DNA of 40,638 nucleotides from a virus (Duplodnaviria; Heunggongvirae; Uroviricota; Caudoviricetes): IMG/VR virus record IMGVR_UViG_2778261641_000011. One strand, 5' to 3'. Each line of letters begins with the position of its first letter. Position 1 is the stretch's first letter. The notes under the pieces are model-generated. The model worked only from the letters and a program-made list of their open reading frames with translations. It had not been told where the DNA came from and ran no database searches. The translations under genes were made by a program, and so were the position numbers. Below, piece by piece: positions 28,613 to 36,351 of the stretch.

Positions 28613-29422
28613 TCAATGAACGGTATCGAGCAGCTTTAACAGCTCAGGGAATCGGGATTCGAAGAAATGCGGCTGCGTCTCGCGCGGATTTGCGGGACTG
28701 GTGATGTTCTTGCCGAACATGCAGCCTTTCGCTGTCAGCGACCAGAATTTTTTGATGTTGTTAATCGCGGTACGGCTGTATCGTTCGCGCTGCTCGACGA
28801 TCCCCAGCTTCACCATCTGGTGATATGCCTGATTAGCCGTCAGGCGGATACCATACTGTTTCAGCAGTGCACTCAGTGACAGTGTCGGGCGACTTGAGCC
28901 ATCGTGTGCATCAGCAGGAGCATCAATGGCATAGCGCGGTGCCAGATTCGGTAAGCCAACAGCCTCCTGGAGTTTCTGACAGGCACCAAGCACAGATGAG
29001 TTAGACAGGTTTAACTCCCGACGCATAAAGTCCAGCAGAATCACACCAGCCTGCATCTTGTCAGCAGCCTGTCCGGATAATTTTTCCGGTGCGCTGGTTA
29101 CCATGTCGAAAGTACGGATCACCTTCAGATGGAATGACGGGCTGATCCACATTGCATAGGCATACACCAGTTCCTTGCAGACATAAGTTCCCCGTTCATT
29201 TCCCCCATGAATCACACTCACCGGGTCAACACCCAAATTCTGGGTGTTGGTCAATTCATGAACAAGTTCAACAGTTTGTTGGCTGGAAAGAAACTTTCCT
29301 GGCTCCTTGGTTCTGGCATTTGCACCAGATGCTACTGCTGCGCGATGCAGATCGTTCAGGCTGTAACGCCCATAAGCATCACGACGAACTTCAATACCAT
29401 CAATGACCATCAGATTATTCAT
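28613..29422 (-). CDS. KilA-N domain protein
   Basis: 269 aa; N-terminal KilA-N-like region (IDGIEVRRDAYGRYSLNDLHRA...YVCKELVYAYAMWISPSFHLKV). Confidence 0.65.
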   Translation of the reverse strand: MNNLMVIDGIEVRRDAYGRYSLNDLHRAAVASGANARTKEPGKFLSSQQTVELVHELTNTQNLGVDPVSVIHGGNERGTYVCKELVYAYAMWISPSFHLKVIRTFDMVTSAPEKLSGQAADKMQAGVILLDFMRRELNLSNSSVLGACQKLQEAVGLPNLAPRYAIDAPADAHDGSSRPTLSLSALLKQYGIRLTANQAYHQMVKLGIVEQRERYSRTAINNIKKFWSLTAKGCMFGKNITSPANPRETQPHFFESRFPELLKLLDTVH

Positions 29423-29441
29423 ACTTCGTTTCTCCTCTTAA

Positions 29442-29831
29442 TCAGGCGGCTGCACCCGCCGTTTTCTCGTACTTACTGATAGTGATCTCGACCTTCCCTT
29501 CCGGGATAACCGGTCCCCACTCCACCAGCATTCTTTTCACCTGACTGTCGTCTTCCCACACACCCGCGTGGGTCAGGGCGTCAAACAGCGCCTTGTTATA
29601 GTTGTCCAGATCGCGGATCCGGTTATCCGGAGGAAACAACACGATCTCCACTGAAGCAGGTGCCGACGTTGGTTTCGGCAGACGACGTAACTGCTCAACT
29701 ATTGCTGCGCACGCCGCGCTCTGGAATTTTCGCCCCGCCGCGCTTATCAGGCTCTTACCAGCAAACGCCCCTTTGTTGGGGTGTCGCCAGTACGTGTTCA
29801 CGCTGGGCGGAAAAGGCAGGATCAGCTTCAT
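29442..29831 (-). CDS. rusA: Holliday junction resolvase RusA
   Basis: 129 aa; RusA motifs (PPSVNTYWRH, RDLDNYNKALFDALTHAGVWEDDSQV). Confidence 0.85.
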   Translation of the reverse strand: MKLILPFPPSVNTYWRHPNKGAFAGKSLISAAGRKFQSAACAAIVEQLRRLPKPTSAPASVEIVLFPPDNRIRDLDNYNKALFDALTHAGVWEDDSQVKRMLVEWGPVIPEGKVEITISKYEKTAGAAA

Positions 29832-30154
29832 ACTTTCAGGTCCCTCTCATGTAACCAGTGGGTTGCACGCAGCCTTGCGTTTTCCTCACCGGCAAGCAGT
29901 GCGCGGATAATCCCGACCGCCTCGCTGTCGTCGTCCTTCACCGCGGTATGAAGCGTTATCCCCCGGGCCACGCCACGCTTTATCGTGATGACGCCTTTTT
30001 TCTCCAGTGCGCGAAGATGCTCCACCGCTGCATTCACTGAACGGTATCCCAGCATGGTTGCCACCTCCTGATTGGTTGGCGGGAAGCCACGTTCTTTCTG
30101 GTAAGAAATCAGCATATCCAGCACCTGCTGCTGGCATTGAGTTAACGTCGTCAT
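29828..30154 (-). CDS. LexA N-terminal DNA-binding-domain-only protein (no S24 peptidase domain)
   Basis: 108 aa; aligns with the LexA N-terminus (LTxxQQxVxDxI...PPTxxEvAxxLGyRSxNAAxEHLxALxKKGVIxIxxGxxRGIxL). Lacks the Ala-Gly site and Ser/Lys catalytic domain. Confidence 0.65.
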   Translation of the reverse strand: MTTLTQCQQQVLDMLISYQKERGFPPTNQEVATMLGYRSVNAAVEHLRALEKKGVITIKRGVARGITLHTAVKDDDSEAVGIIRALLAGEENARLRATHWLHERDLKV

Positions 30155-30804
30155 GCCGCCATCTCCCTGACCAGTTTTTCCGCCTGCTGGCGAACCTGCA
30201 CCAGAAAGGCTTCACCACATGCCTCAAGTTCATCGCGCCCGATGTAGCTGATTGCCGGTCCCTTCCAGGTCTTGTCGAAAACAGCAATAGCACCAGCGAA
30301 GAAAGCTCCTGTCGGCACCTGCTTCTCATCCTTCGGGATAAACCAGGCAGGCAGTTCAAAACCAATACGCCCGCGAATAAAAGCAATATGGTCCGCATCT
30401 TCCGGCCACCACACTTCGCTGGTGGCAGCTTTGATCAGGAAAACATAGCGCCCGCCCTTATCACGCATGGCACTGGCATGTTTCATGATGTAACGCATGC
30501 CGGTGATGTATTGCCCCTCATGCTGACTGGCGCGGCTGTATGGGGGATTACCAAAGGCAGCACCTTTAAGCTCCGCAAGACGTTCTGACCAGTCATGTGC
30601 CAGCGCATTGTCTTCCGCCGTGTAATACGCGGCACATTTGGCGTTATCACCGTCGGTGAACAGATCCAGAACAAACGGGCCAAACAGGGTGTTAATTCCC
30701 CAGAAAATGTTGTCCGGCGTGCGCCACTGATCGCCCACTTCCTTCAGTTCATGGGCTGGTTTGTTCCGCAGTTCCACCAGCGCCTGGCAATATTTATTAC
30801 TCAT
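30151..30804 (-). CDS. Phage Dam-type N6-adenine DNA methyltransferase
   Basis: Start at MSNKYCQ (TAATG coupling with the upstream stop; track ORF extends to 30837). Catalytic GNPPYS motif. Confidence 0.75.
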   Translation of the reverse strand: MSNKYCQALVELRNKPAHELKEVGDQWRTPDNIFWGINTLFGPFVLDLFTDGDNAKCAAYYTAEDNALAHDWSERLAELKGAAFGNPPYSRASQHEGQYITGMRYIMKHASAMRDKGGRYVFLIKAATSEVWWPEDADHIAFIRGRIGFELPAWFIPKDEKQVPTGAFFAGAIAVFDKTWKGPAISYIGRDELEACGEAFLVQVRQQAEKLVREMAA

Positions 30805-31298
30805 TAAGCCCCCACGTAATTCCCTGACAGATACCACTCTTCACCCGATGCAGCGCGCTTGCTGCTTTTCCGTAAGCACCGCTCACGACGCGCCAGAAAA
30901 TTGTTTCGTTCTGGCTGGAAGTGGCTTTCACGGAATGCCGCCATCCACACGGTTGCAGCACGACGGTATAAGCCCCTGGACTCCAGTTCTTCAGCCTGGC
31001 GGGTCAGGCACAAAATCACCCGGGGATCGTTAGTGCCGACATAGAAATTGCGCACAGGTCTGGTTTCACGAACTGGTTGTGGTTCCGGCTCCTGCGCTCT
31101 CTCAGTCAGGCGTGGGAAATGTCTGCGTGTATCTCCTTCACAACGGTGAGCCACACGCCCACTCTGACGTAACTTGCTTGCTGACTGCAGAACGCGCTGC
31201 CGTGAGTAACCTGCAAAAGCATCCGCAATGTCTCCGGAAGTACAGCCCGGATGGGCTTCAATGAATTTCTGAACGTCATTCAAAAGACTCATAATCAC
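30804..31298 (-). CDS. Hypothetical early-region protein
   Basis: 164 aa; ATGA overlap with the replication-gene stop; basic C-terminal half. Confidence 0.5.
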   Translation of the reverse strand: MIMSLLNDVQKFIEAHPGCTSGDIADAFAGYSRQRVLQSASKLRQSGRVAHRCEGDTRRHFPRLTERAQEPEPQPVRETRPVRNFYVGTNDPRVILCLTRQAEELESRGLYRRAATVWMAAFRESHFQPERNNFLARRERCLRKSSKRAASGEEWYLSGNYVGA

Positions 31299-32221
31299 CC
31301 CCTGAATCCTGCCGGGATCTGGCTGTAGTCCACGTTGTCGTAACTGGATTTGAAGTACGGGTCTTCGCGTTTTTCGGTGTACGTGCTTACGGACGGCGAT
31401 AAGCGCAGGGAAAGCTCATCCCATTTTTCCCGCAGCTTCGACGGGCTGAGCACGTTACGGCACCAGAACGGATCGCGGCTGACGCGGCTGTACATCTCGC
31501 AGATTTGTTTGTGAGTACGACCATCCTGCACACACATCAGGCGAATTTCGTTTGCCCAGGCTGTCCAGTTCGGTTCTTTGGGACGAACCACCTCGCCGTC
31601 ACATTCGGCAGCCTGCTCGTACAGGGCGATGATTTTTTTCCAGAGCCACTGTGCGCAGGTCAAATCATCCTGCGTTCCCCACTGGCGCTTTTTAGGGCTG
31701 AATACAACCGCATCAGGATGGCGAGTTAAAAAATCATGTTCATCCGTCTGCGTGTCCGGTTGCGAAGCGTCCGGACGAGAAGGTTTTTTATCTGACGGAT
31801 CATGTTTTGATTTTACTGACGGATCCCCGCCAGATTCTGACGGGTGAAAACCCGATTTTTTGCCAGATTTCGACGCATCAAATTTTGACGGGTCAGATTT
31901 TGACGGGTCAGAATCTGACAGTTGAGAAAATGCCGCTGCCTGAAGCTTCGCAACGTTAAGCTGATAAACATTCGACGCATTGCGGTTACCCTGGCGACGC
32001 GCCTTACGCGTTAACCAGCCTTCTGCTTCCAGCCGTGCGATAGCCGTTCTGACGGTGCTCATCCCCGCGCCAATCTGGCGGGCAATGGTTTCAATTGATG
32101 GCCAGCACACACCTTCGTCATTACTGAAATCAGCCAGGCGGGCCATAATTGCCACGCTGGATAACTTCATGCCTGACGCAGCGCAACCATCCCATACATA
32201 GCCGGTTAATTTAGTGCTCAT
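31295..32221 (-). CDS. Replication initiation protein (winged-helix N-terminal domain, O-like role)
   Basis: 308 aa; N-terminal wHTH region (VAIMARLADFSNDEGVCWPSIETIARQIGAGMSTVRTAIARLEAEGWL); low-complexity linker encoded by internal iterons. Confidence 0.6.
   Translation of the reverse strand: MSTKLTGYVWDGCAASGMKLSSVAIMARLADFSNDEGVCWPSIETIARQIGAGMSTVRTAIARLEAEGWLTRKARRQGNRNASNVYQLNVAKLQAAAFSQLSDSDPSKSDPSKFDASKSGKKSGFHPSESGGDPSVKSKHDPSDKKPSRPDASQPDTQTDEHDFLTRHPDAVVFSPKKRQWGTQDDLTCAQWLWKKIIALYEQAAECDGEVVRPKEPNWTAWANEIRLMCVQDGRTHKQICEMYSRVSRDPFWCRNVLSPSKLREKWDELSLRLSPSVSTYTEKREDPYFKSSYDNVDYSQIPAGFRG
31790..31920. repeat. Iteron-like direct repeats (TGACGG-containing) inside the replication gene; candidate ori
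   Basis: At least five copies of (c/t)TGACGG(g/a)tc at 31793, 31817, 31838, 31884 and 31900, including the tandem ttgacgggtcagattttgacgggtcaga. Confidence 0.5.
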
Positions 32222-32230
32222 GACCGACCT

Positions 32231-32569
32231 CTATTTCCCTGAATTTACGACGAAACTGTTCGAGCGGACTGAAGCATTCATGCTCATAGCCTTCGCGGAG
32301 GTAGATAACCCGTTGTGTTTCCGGTTCCCAACGAATGACTCTGACGGGCACTCCGTAGTGATCTTTGAACCAGCGGTTAACTTGTCGCAAAGGACTGTCT
32401 CCTTCTGCCGGTTGAAATCACCCACAGCCCACTCAGCAAAGCTGTGGGTTACAATTTCCCTGTCACCTGGTACATTCACTGCATAGCAATATTCCACCTT
32501 CGCTTTTCCACCCGGTACAGGAAGCGCAATCAGTTGCGAGCGACGGTAGTGTGTTGTTAAACTGTTCAT
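32231..32569 (-). CDS. Hypothetical early-operon protein
   Basis: 112 aa; ATGA overlap with the upstream gene's stop and 9-nt spacing to the replication gene support translation on this strand. Confidence 0.45.
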   Translation of the reverse strand: MNSLTTHYRRSQLIALPVPGGKAKVEYCYAVNVPGDREIVTHSFAEWAVGDFNRQKETVLCDKLTAGSKITTECPSESFVGNRKHNGLSTSAKAMSMNASVRSNSFVVNSGK

Positions 32570-33195
32570 GCGTTAGTTTCTCCACAACCAGAAGCAATCG
32601 ACGCCACGACGCCCGGAGCTGCACACTCGCGGGCGTTACTCTTTTCCGGCGCACAAAAAACACGAAATAACAGTGTTAAATGCTCCTGCCACTTCGCCAT
32701 TACTTGGTAGCTGTTCTCTTCGATTTGCTCACGCTCAGCCTGGTCAATAACTCCATCAGCAGTTGCCTTGCGTAAGTACTGGGAATGCTTGCCAATCCAT
32801 TCTATTGACTCCATCAGCCGCTGATTAATGTCACCATTGTCAATGTCATCAATGACCACCAGCGGCACAAACACCCCATTACTACGACGGGCTATCGCAT
32901 CCGTTACATGCCTGGTACCACTGGCATCCTGTAAAACCATGGCCCACTCAAGTGGAAAAATTTGATCCCCACCGCTACGCAGTCTGTTATGCAATTGATC
33001 TTTTGCTGGGGTGATATCATCAGATTTATACAAACCAAGAATTTCTGCTGCTTCCTCATAGCCATGAGGTAAATCAGCAATCGTTCTTCGTATTGCTGCC
33101 ACCAGCCATGCTGGCTGTTTATCAACTTTCCATTCAGGTTCTTTACCCACGTTTAAGTCCTCATATCTGTGGTTTCTGTAAATCGATTTATCCAT
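32566..33195 (-). CDS. Putative cII-like early regulator (function uncertain)
   Basis: Position immediately after cro. Start placed at the internal Met (MDKSIY; alternative MKNLMDKS at 33207); the track ORF reaches 33264 and would overlap cro. Confidence 0.4.
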   Translation of the reverse strand: MDKSIYRNHRYEDLNVGKEPEWKVDKQPAWLVAAIRRTIADLPHGYEEAAEILGLYKSDDITPAKDQLHNRLRSGGDQIFPLEWAMVLQDASGTRHVTDAIARRSNGVFVPLVVIDDIDNGDINQRLMESIEWIGKHSQYLRKATADGVIDQAEREQIEENSYQVMAKWQEHLTLLFRVFCAPEKSNARECAAPGVVASIASGCGETNA

Positions 33196-33388
33196 TAGAT
33201 TTTTCATAAAGCTCAGGTTTAAATGGCAACCGTCCGCAAGTTCTATATGCAGCCTCTGCTGCACGTCCTTTTGGAATTAACTGGCCAGGACGGTTTCGCC
33301 ACTGATAAACGGCTTCAGTTGTTATGCCGAAAAAAGCAGCAACTTTCTCAATGCTGCCGAAGTAGCTTTCGATATCGTCAGTCGTCAT
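33188..33388 (-). CDS. Cro-like HTH regulator
   Basis: 66 aa; HTH (KVAAFFGITTEAVYQWRNR); divergent from the cI-like repressor. Confidence 0.7.
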   Translation of the reverse strand: MTTDDIESYFGSIEKVAAFFGITTEAVYQWRNRPGQLIPKGRAAEAAYRTCGRLPFKPELYEKSNG

Positions 33389-33394
33389 ATGCCC

Positions 33395-33465
33395 TCCAAA
33401 CTAAGTTTTATTAGATGTTAATTATCAATCTATCTTAGGTCAATAAAAACTAAGATTACTTAGTA
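33395..33465. promoter_or_regulatory. Divergent promoter/operator region (OR-like) with repeated AACTAAG half-sites
   Basis: aaactaag at 33398-33405; inverted repeat CTAAG-atta-CTTAG at 33450-33463; cttag at 33434-33438. Confidence 0.4.
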
Positions 33466-33485
33466 ATTAAAGAAATGGTGCTCCT

Positions 33486-34112
33486 ATGGAAACGGTTGGT
33501 CAGCGTATAAAAGCTCTGAGAAGGGTTACCAGAACGTCCCAGAAAGAATTGGGTAAATTTTGTGGAGTAAGTGACGTTGCTGTGGGGTACTGGGAGAAAG
33601 ACATCAATGTCCCTGGTGGGGAAGCACTTTCAAAATTAGCGAAGTTCTTCAATACGTCAATAGATTACATTCTTTATGGTGCTGAGTTTGAAGGCAAACT
33701 CGTCACAAACATGCGCAGAGTTCCTGTAATCTCGTGGGTGCAGGCTGGGCAGTTTACTGAGTGCAGGACAGCAGAAGTGTTTAGTGAAGTAGACAAGTGG
33801 GTAGATACATCATTAAAGATTGGTGATAACTCATTTGCATTGGAGGTTAAAGGCGACTCCATGACTAACCCTAATGGCCTCCCAACAATACCAGAAGGCG
33901 CAACAGTGATTGTAGATCCTGATGCAGAACCCCGGCATGGAAAAATAGTCATCGCTAGACTTGATGGAACAAACGAAGCCACAGTAAAAAAATTAGTTAT
34001 CGATGGCCCTCAAAAGTTTTTAGTGCCATTAAATCCCCGGTACCCCAACATCCCGATCAATGGTAATTGCCTCATCATTGGTGTAGTCAAAGGAGTTCAA
34101 TACGAACTCTAG
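33486..34112 (+). CDS. CI-type prophage repressor (HTH plus S24 LexA-like peptidase domain)
   Basis: 208 aa; N-terminal HTH (TSQKELGKFCGVSDVAVGYWE); Ala-Gly site (VQAGQF); Ser in GDSM and Lys in TVKKL. Confidence 0.85.
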   Translation: METVGQRIKALRRVTRTSQKELGKFCGVSDVAVGYWEKDINVPGGEALSKLAKFFNTSIDYILYGAEFEGKLVTNMRRVPVISWVQAGQFTECRTAEVFSEVDKWVDTSLKIGDNSFALEVKGDSMTNPNGLPTIPEGATVIVDPDAEPRHGKIVIARLDGTNEATVKKLVIDGPQKFLVPLNPRYPNIPINGNCLIIGVVKGVQYEL

Positions 34113-34131
34113 CCCCCCCTTTTCTCTAACC

Positions 34132-34166
34132 AAAACACCGAACTAAGAAAAGTTTGGTGTTTTCTC
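34132..34166 (+). terminator. Hairpin terminator downstream of the repressor gene
   Basis: 13-bp stem (aaaacaccgaact / agtttggtgtttt, one mismatch) ending in a U-run. Confidence 0.5.
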
Positions 34167-34170
34167 TTGC

Positions 34171-34196
34171 CATTAAAACTAAGTTAAGTTAGATTT
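34171..34196. promoter_or_regulatory. Candidate OL-like operator with the same AACTAAG motif
   Basis: aaaaCTAAgttaagTTAGatttt, partially palindromic and sharing aaactaag with the OR region. Confidence 0.35.
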
Positions 34197-34297
34197 TATA
34201 TCAAAGATAACGAACAGGCAGGACGCCCACGAAGTAGCCGCCGGTGGCGTATGAATGACCGGATGATTCGTTAAATACTATGTGTAAGAGAGCGCAA

Positions 34298-34501
34298 ATG
34301 AACCGTTATTTCACATGCTCGTTTTGTGGCGCAAACGAGCTGCAGGCAAAAAAAATCATCGCCAAAGGCGGAAAAGATGAAGTTGCTATCTGCTCTGAGT
34401 GCGTAGTCTTGTGTGTCGGGGCATTAATCAATATCAGCACAACTATTCAGTTCACACCAAATGAGAATGCGCCTTTAGATGCGCGGAAATCTGGAGGTTA
34501 A
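34298..34501 (+). CDS. Small protein with a ClpX-type C4 zinc-finger (ZBD-like) N-terminus
   Basis: 67 aa from the Met with a GAGAG RBS (track ORF from 34280). CSFCG...ICSECV matches the ClpX N-domain pattern CSFCGK...YICDECV. Confidence 0.55.
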   Translation: MNRYFTCSFCGANELQAKKIIAKGGKDEVAICSECVVLCVGALINISTTIQFTPNENAPLDARKSGG

Positions 34502-34509
34502 AGAACAAA

Positions 34510-34785
34510 ATGAAAGTCCAGATTTTAAACAATAGTGGTGAAGTCGTTTGGTCATACGACATAGCCGCTCCTGTAGATCAGAGCGGCGATAGCTGGACCA
34601 ATGGGAAACATCAGATTATGGCTGGAGTTGTATTCTCTTTACGCCGTGCTTTGGAACAGGCTGAAGTATTTCCATCAGACCCTGAATGGAAATGGCCTTT
34701 TTCTATTTGTCCAAATTCGGAGAGCACATTTCAGAAAATTGGTCAGAAAGTCGCACTCGAAGAGCATCAGCCAACTGTTTCCTGA
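34510..34785 (+). CDS. Hypothetical protein, co-oriented with the ClpX-ZBD-like gene
   Basis: 91 aa; strong RBS (ggaggttaaagaacaaaATG); 8-nt spacing from the upstream gene. Confidence 0.5.
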   Translation: MKVQILNNSGEVVWSYDIAAPVDQSGDSWTNGKHQIMAGVVFSLRRALEQAEVFPSDPEWKWPFSICPNSESTFQKIGQKVALEEHQPTVS

Positions 34786-34948
34786 TTTTTTCAGGTAACT
34801 CGTCGGCATCGCAGAAACAACAACGCTCGATCATGTTGAAAGCCGATTCGTAGAACTGTTTCTGCTGAGTGTCGCTGAGACAGGAAAAGAGCGACGTTAC
34901 GATGATTTTATTAATTGCATTATCAAGTTCTTTTTCATCAAAAGTCAT
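34703..34948 (-). CDS. Hypothetical small protein, convergent with 34510-34785
   Basis: 81 aa; AAGGA RBS; the 3' ends overlap by 83 nt, so one of the two calls may be wrong or shorter. Confidence 0.35.
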   Translation of the reverse strand: MTFDEKELDNAINKIIVTSLFSCLSDTQQKQFYESAFNMIERCCFCDADELPEKIRKQLADALRVRLSDQFSEMCSPNLDK

Positions 34949-35189
34949 TTGATTTTCCTTTTATGTATACGGGCTTAAAAGGATACCACCGAGCCTGAAG
35001 TGGTGAAAAGACAGGCACATAACAGCTAAGTATTTTCAACCAGAGAGAATCCTTAGCGTTGTGGTGAATGCGGCTCAGCGCACGCGGGTTAAGGTTGAGG
35101 CTGACAGTCGACCTTCTGTGGATACCCACCCGCCTGGTGTGCAACCTTCGCCAGGCACCGGGAGGCACCCGGCACCACAACTTTATGCT

Positions 35190-35248
35190 GTGTGTAGTCT
35201 TGGCGGTACCAGCTTGTATCCTTGCTTCCGGCTGGTACCGCTCTTTTT
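35190..35248 (+). ncRNA. Candidate small RNA or attenuator: 10-bp hairpin plus U-tract inside a ~400-bp structured non-coding leader
   Basis: cggtaccagc (35204-35213) pairs with gctggtaccg (35231-35240), followed by ctcttttt. The surrounding 35040-35434 has no credible ORF. Confidence 0.25.
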
Positions 35249-35249
35249 A

Positions 35250-35336
35250 CAAAACAGAGAAGAGCATCACCGGACGACGGGCTCATAACCCAATCCATCC
35301 GGGCGGCAGTCACCGCAGGTGTTCTTCTCTGTTTTG
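35250..35336. repeat. 16-bp inverted repeat enclosing ~55 nt of GC-rich sequence
   Basis: caaaacagagaagagc (35250-35265) versus gttcttctctgttttg (35321-35336), 15/16 complementary. Confidence 0.5.
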
Positions 35337-35461
35337 TGGAGAAACTAACCGCCCCTACGGGGGCATTCATGGAAATGTAATTGACTCAATAATCGCCGGA
35401 CGGTGAGGGCTTCCTTTTACCCGAATTCAGCGCGGTGCAGCGCATATACGTGGAGAACAAA

Positions 35462-35998
35462 ATGTCATTTATTAAAACTTTTTCCGGGAAGCATTTTTAT
35501 TATGACAGGATAAATAAAGACGACATCGTTATTAACGATATCGCGGTTTCCCTTTCAAATATCTGTCGCTTTGCAGGACATCTTTCACACTTCTACAGTG
35601 TCGCCCAACATGCGGTGCTTTGCAGCCAGCTGGTGCCGCAGGAATTTGCTTTTGAAGCTTTAATGCATGATGCAACAGAAGCATATTGCCAGGACATCCC
35701 CGCACCACTGAAACGACTTCTTCCTGACTATAAACGTATGGAAGAAAAAATAGACGCCGTAATCCGTGAGAAATACGGGTTACCTCCTGTTATGAGCACG
35801 CCAGTGAAATATGCCGATCTCATTATGCTGGCAACCGAACGCCGCGATCTCGGGCTTGATGATGGCTCTTTCTGGCCTGTACTGGAAGGTATCCCGGCAA
35901 CAGAGATGTTCAAAGTGATTCCACAGGCACCGGGCCATGCCTATGGGATGTTTATGGAACGTTTTAACGAGTTATCGGAGTTACGCAAATGCGCATGA
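35462..35998 (+). CDS. HD-domain phosphohydrolase (YfbR/YfdR-like 5'-deoxynucleotidase)
   Basis: Start at ATG with a GGAGAA RBS (track ORF from GTG 35435). Metal-binding pattern H...H ... HD ... D (HLSHFYSVAQH, LMHDATEAY). Confidence 0.7.
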   Translation: MSFIKTFSGKHFYYDRINKDDIVINDIAVSLSNICRFAGHLSHFYSVAQHAVLCSQLVPQEFAFEALMHDATEAYCQDIPAPLKRLLPDYKRMEEKIDAVIREKYGLPPVMSTPVKYADLIMLATERRDLGLDDGSFWPVLEGIPATEMFKVIPQAPGHAYGMFMERFNELSELRKCA

Positions 35999-36351
35999 AT
36001 GTTTTCGAAATGGAAGGGTTTCTTCGTGGGAGATGTGTACCGCGAGATCTGAAAGTGAATGAAACAGATGCTGAATACCTGGTACGTAAATTCGATGCGC
36101 TTGAAGCTAAATGTACAGCACTGGAAAACAAAGTAATACCAGTGTCAGCTGAACTGCCGCCAGCGAATGAAAGTGTTCTGTTATTTGATGCTAATGGAGA
36201 AGGCTGGCTAATTGGCTGGCGTTCTCTCTGGTATACATGGGGGCAAAAAGAAACCGGAGAATGGCAGTGGACATTTCAGGTCGGGGACCTTGAAAACGTC
36301 AATATCACTCACTGGGCAGTAATGCCAAAAGCACCGGAGGCTGGAGCATAA
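35989..36351 (+). CDS. DUF551-like phage protein
   Basis: 120 aa; characteristic C-terminal ...THWAVMPKAPE. Confidence 0.55.
   Translation: MRMNVFEMEGFLRGRCVPRDLKVNETDAEYLVRKFDALEAKCTALENKVIPVSAELPPANESVLLFDANGEGWLIGWRSLWYTWGQKETGEWQWTFQVGDLENVNITHWAVMPKAPEAGA

Noticed and set aside
32214-32486. Plus-strand 90-aa ORF opposite the 32231..32569 gene
   Set aside because: The minus-strand ORF is translationally coupled to both neighbours in a leftward operon. The plus ORF has no promoter or RBS context. It is not excluded; ribosome profiling would settle it.
35061-35406. ORFs 35061..35288, 35068..35406 (+) and 35089..35370 (-) in the structured region
   Set aside because: Translations are Arg/Pro/Gly-rich with no domain-like pattern; the region is better explained by RNA secondary structure (hairpins and inverted repeats).
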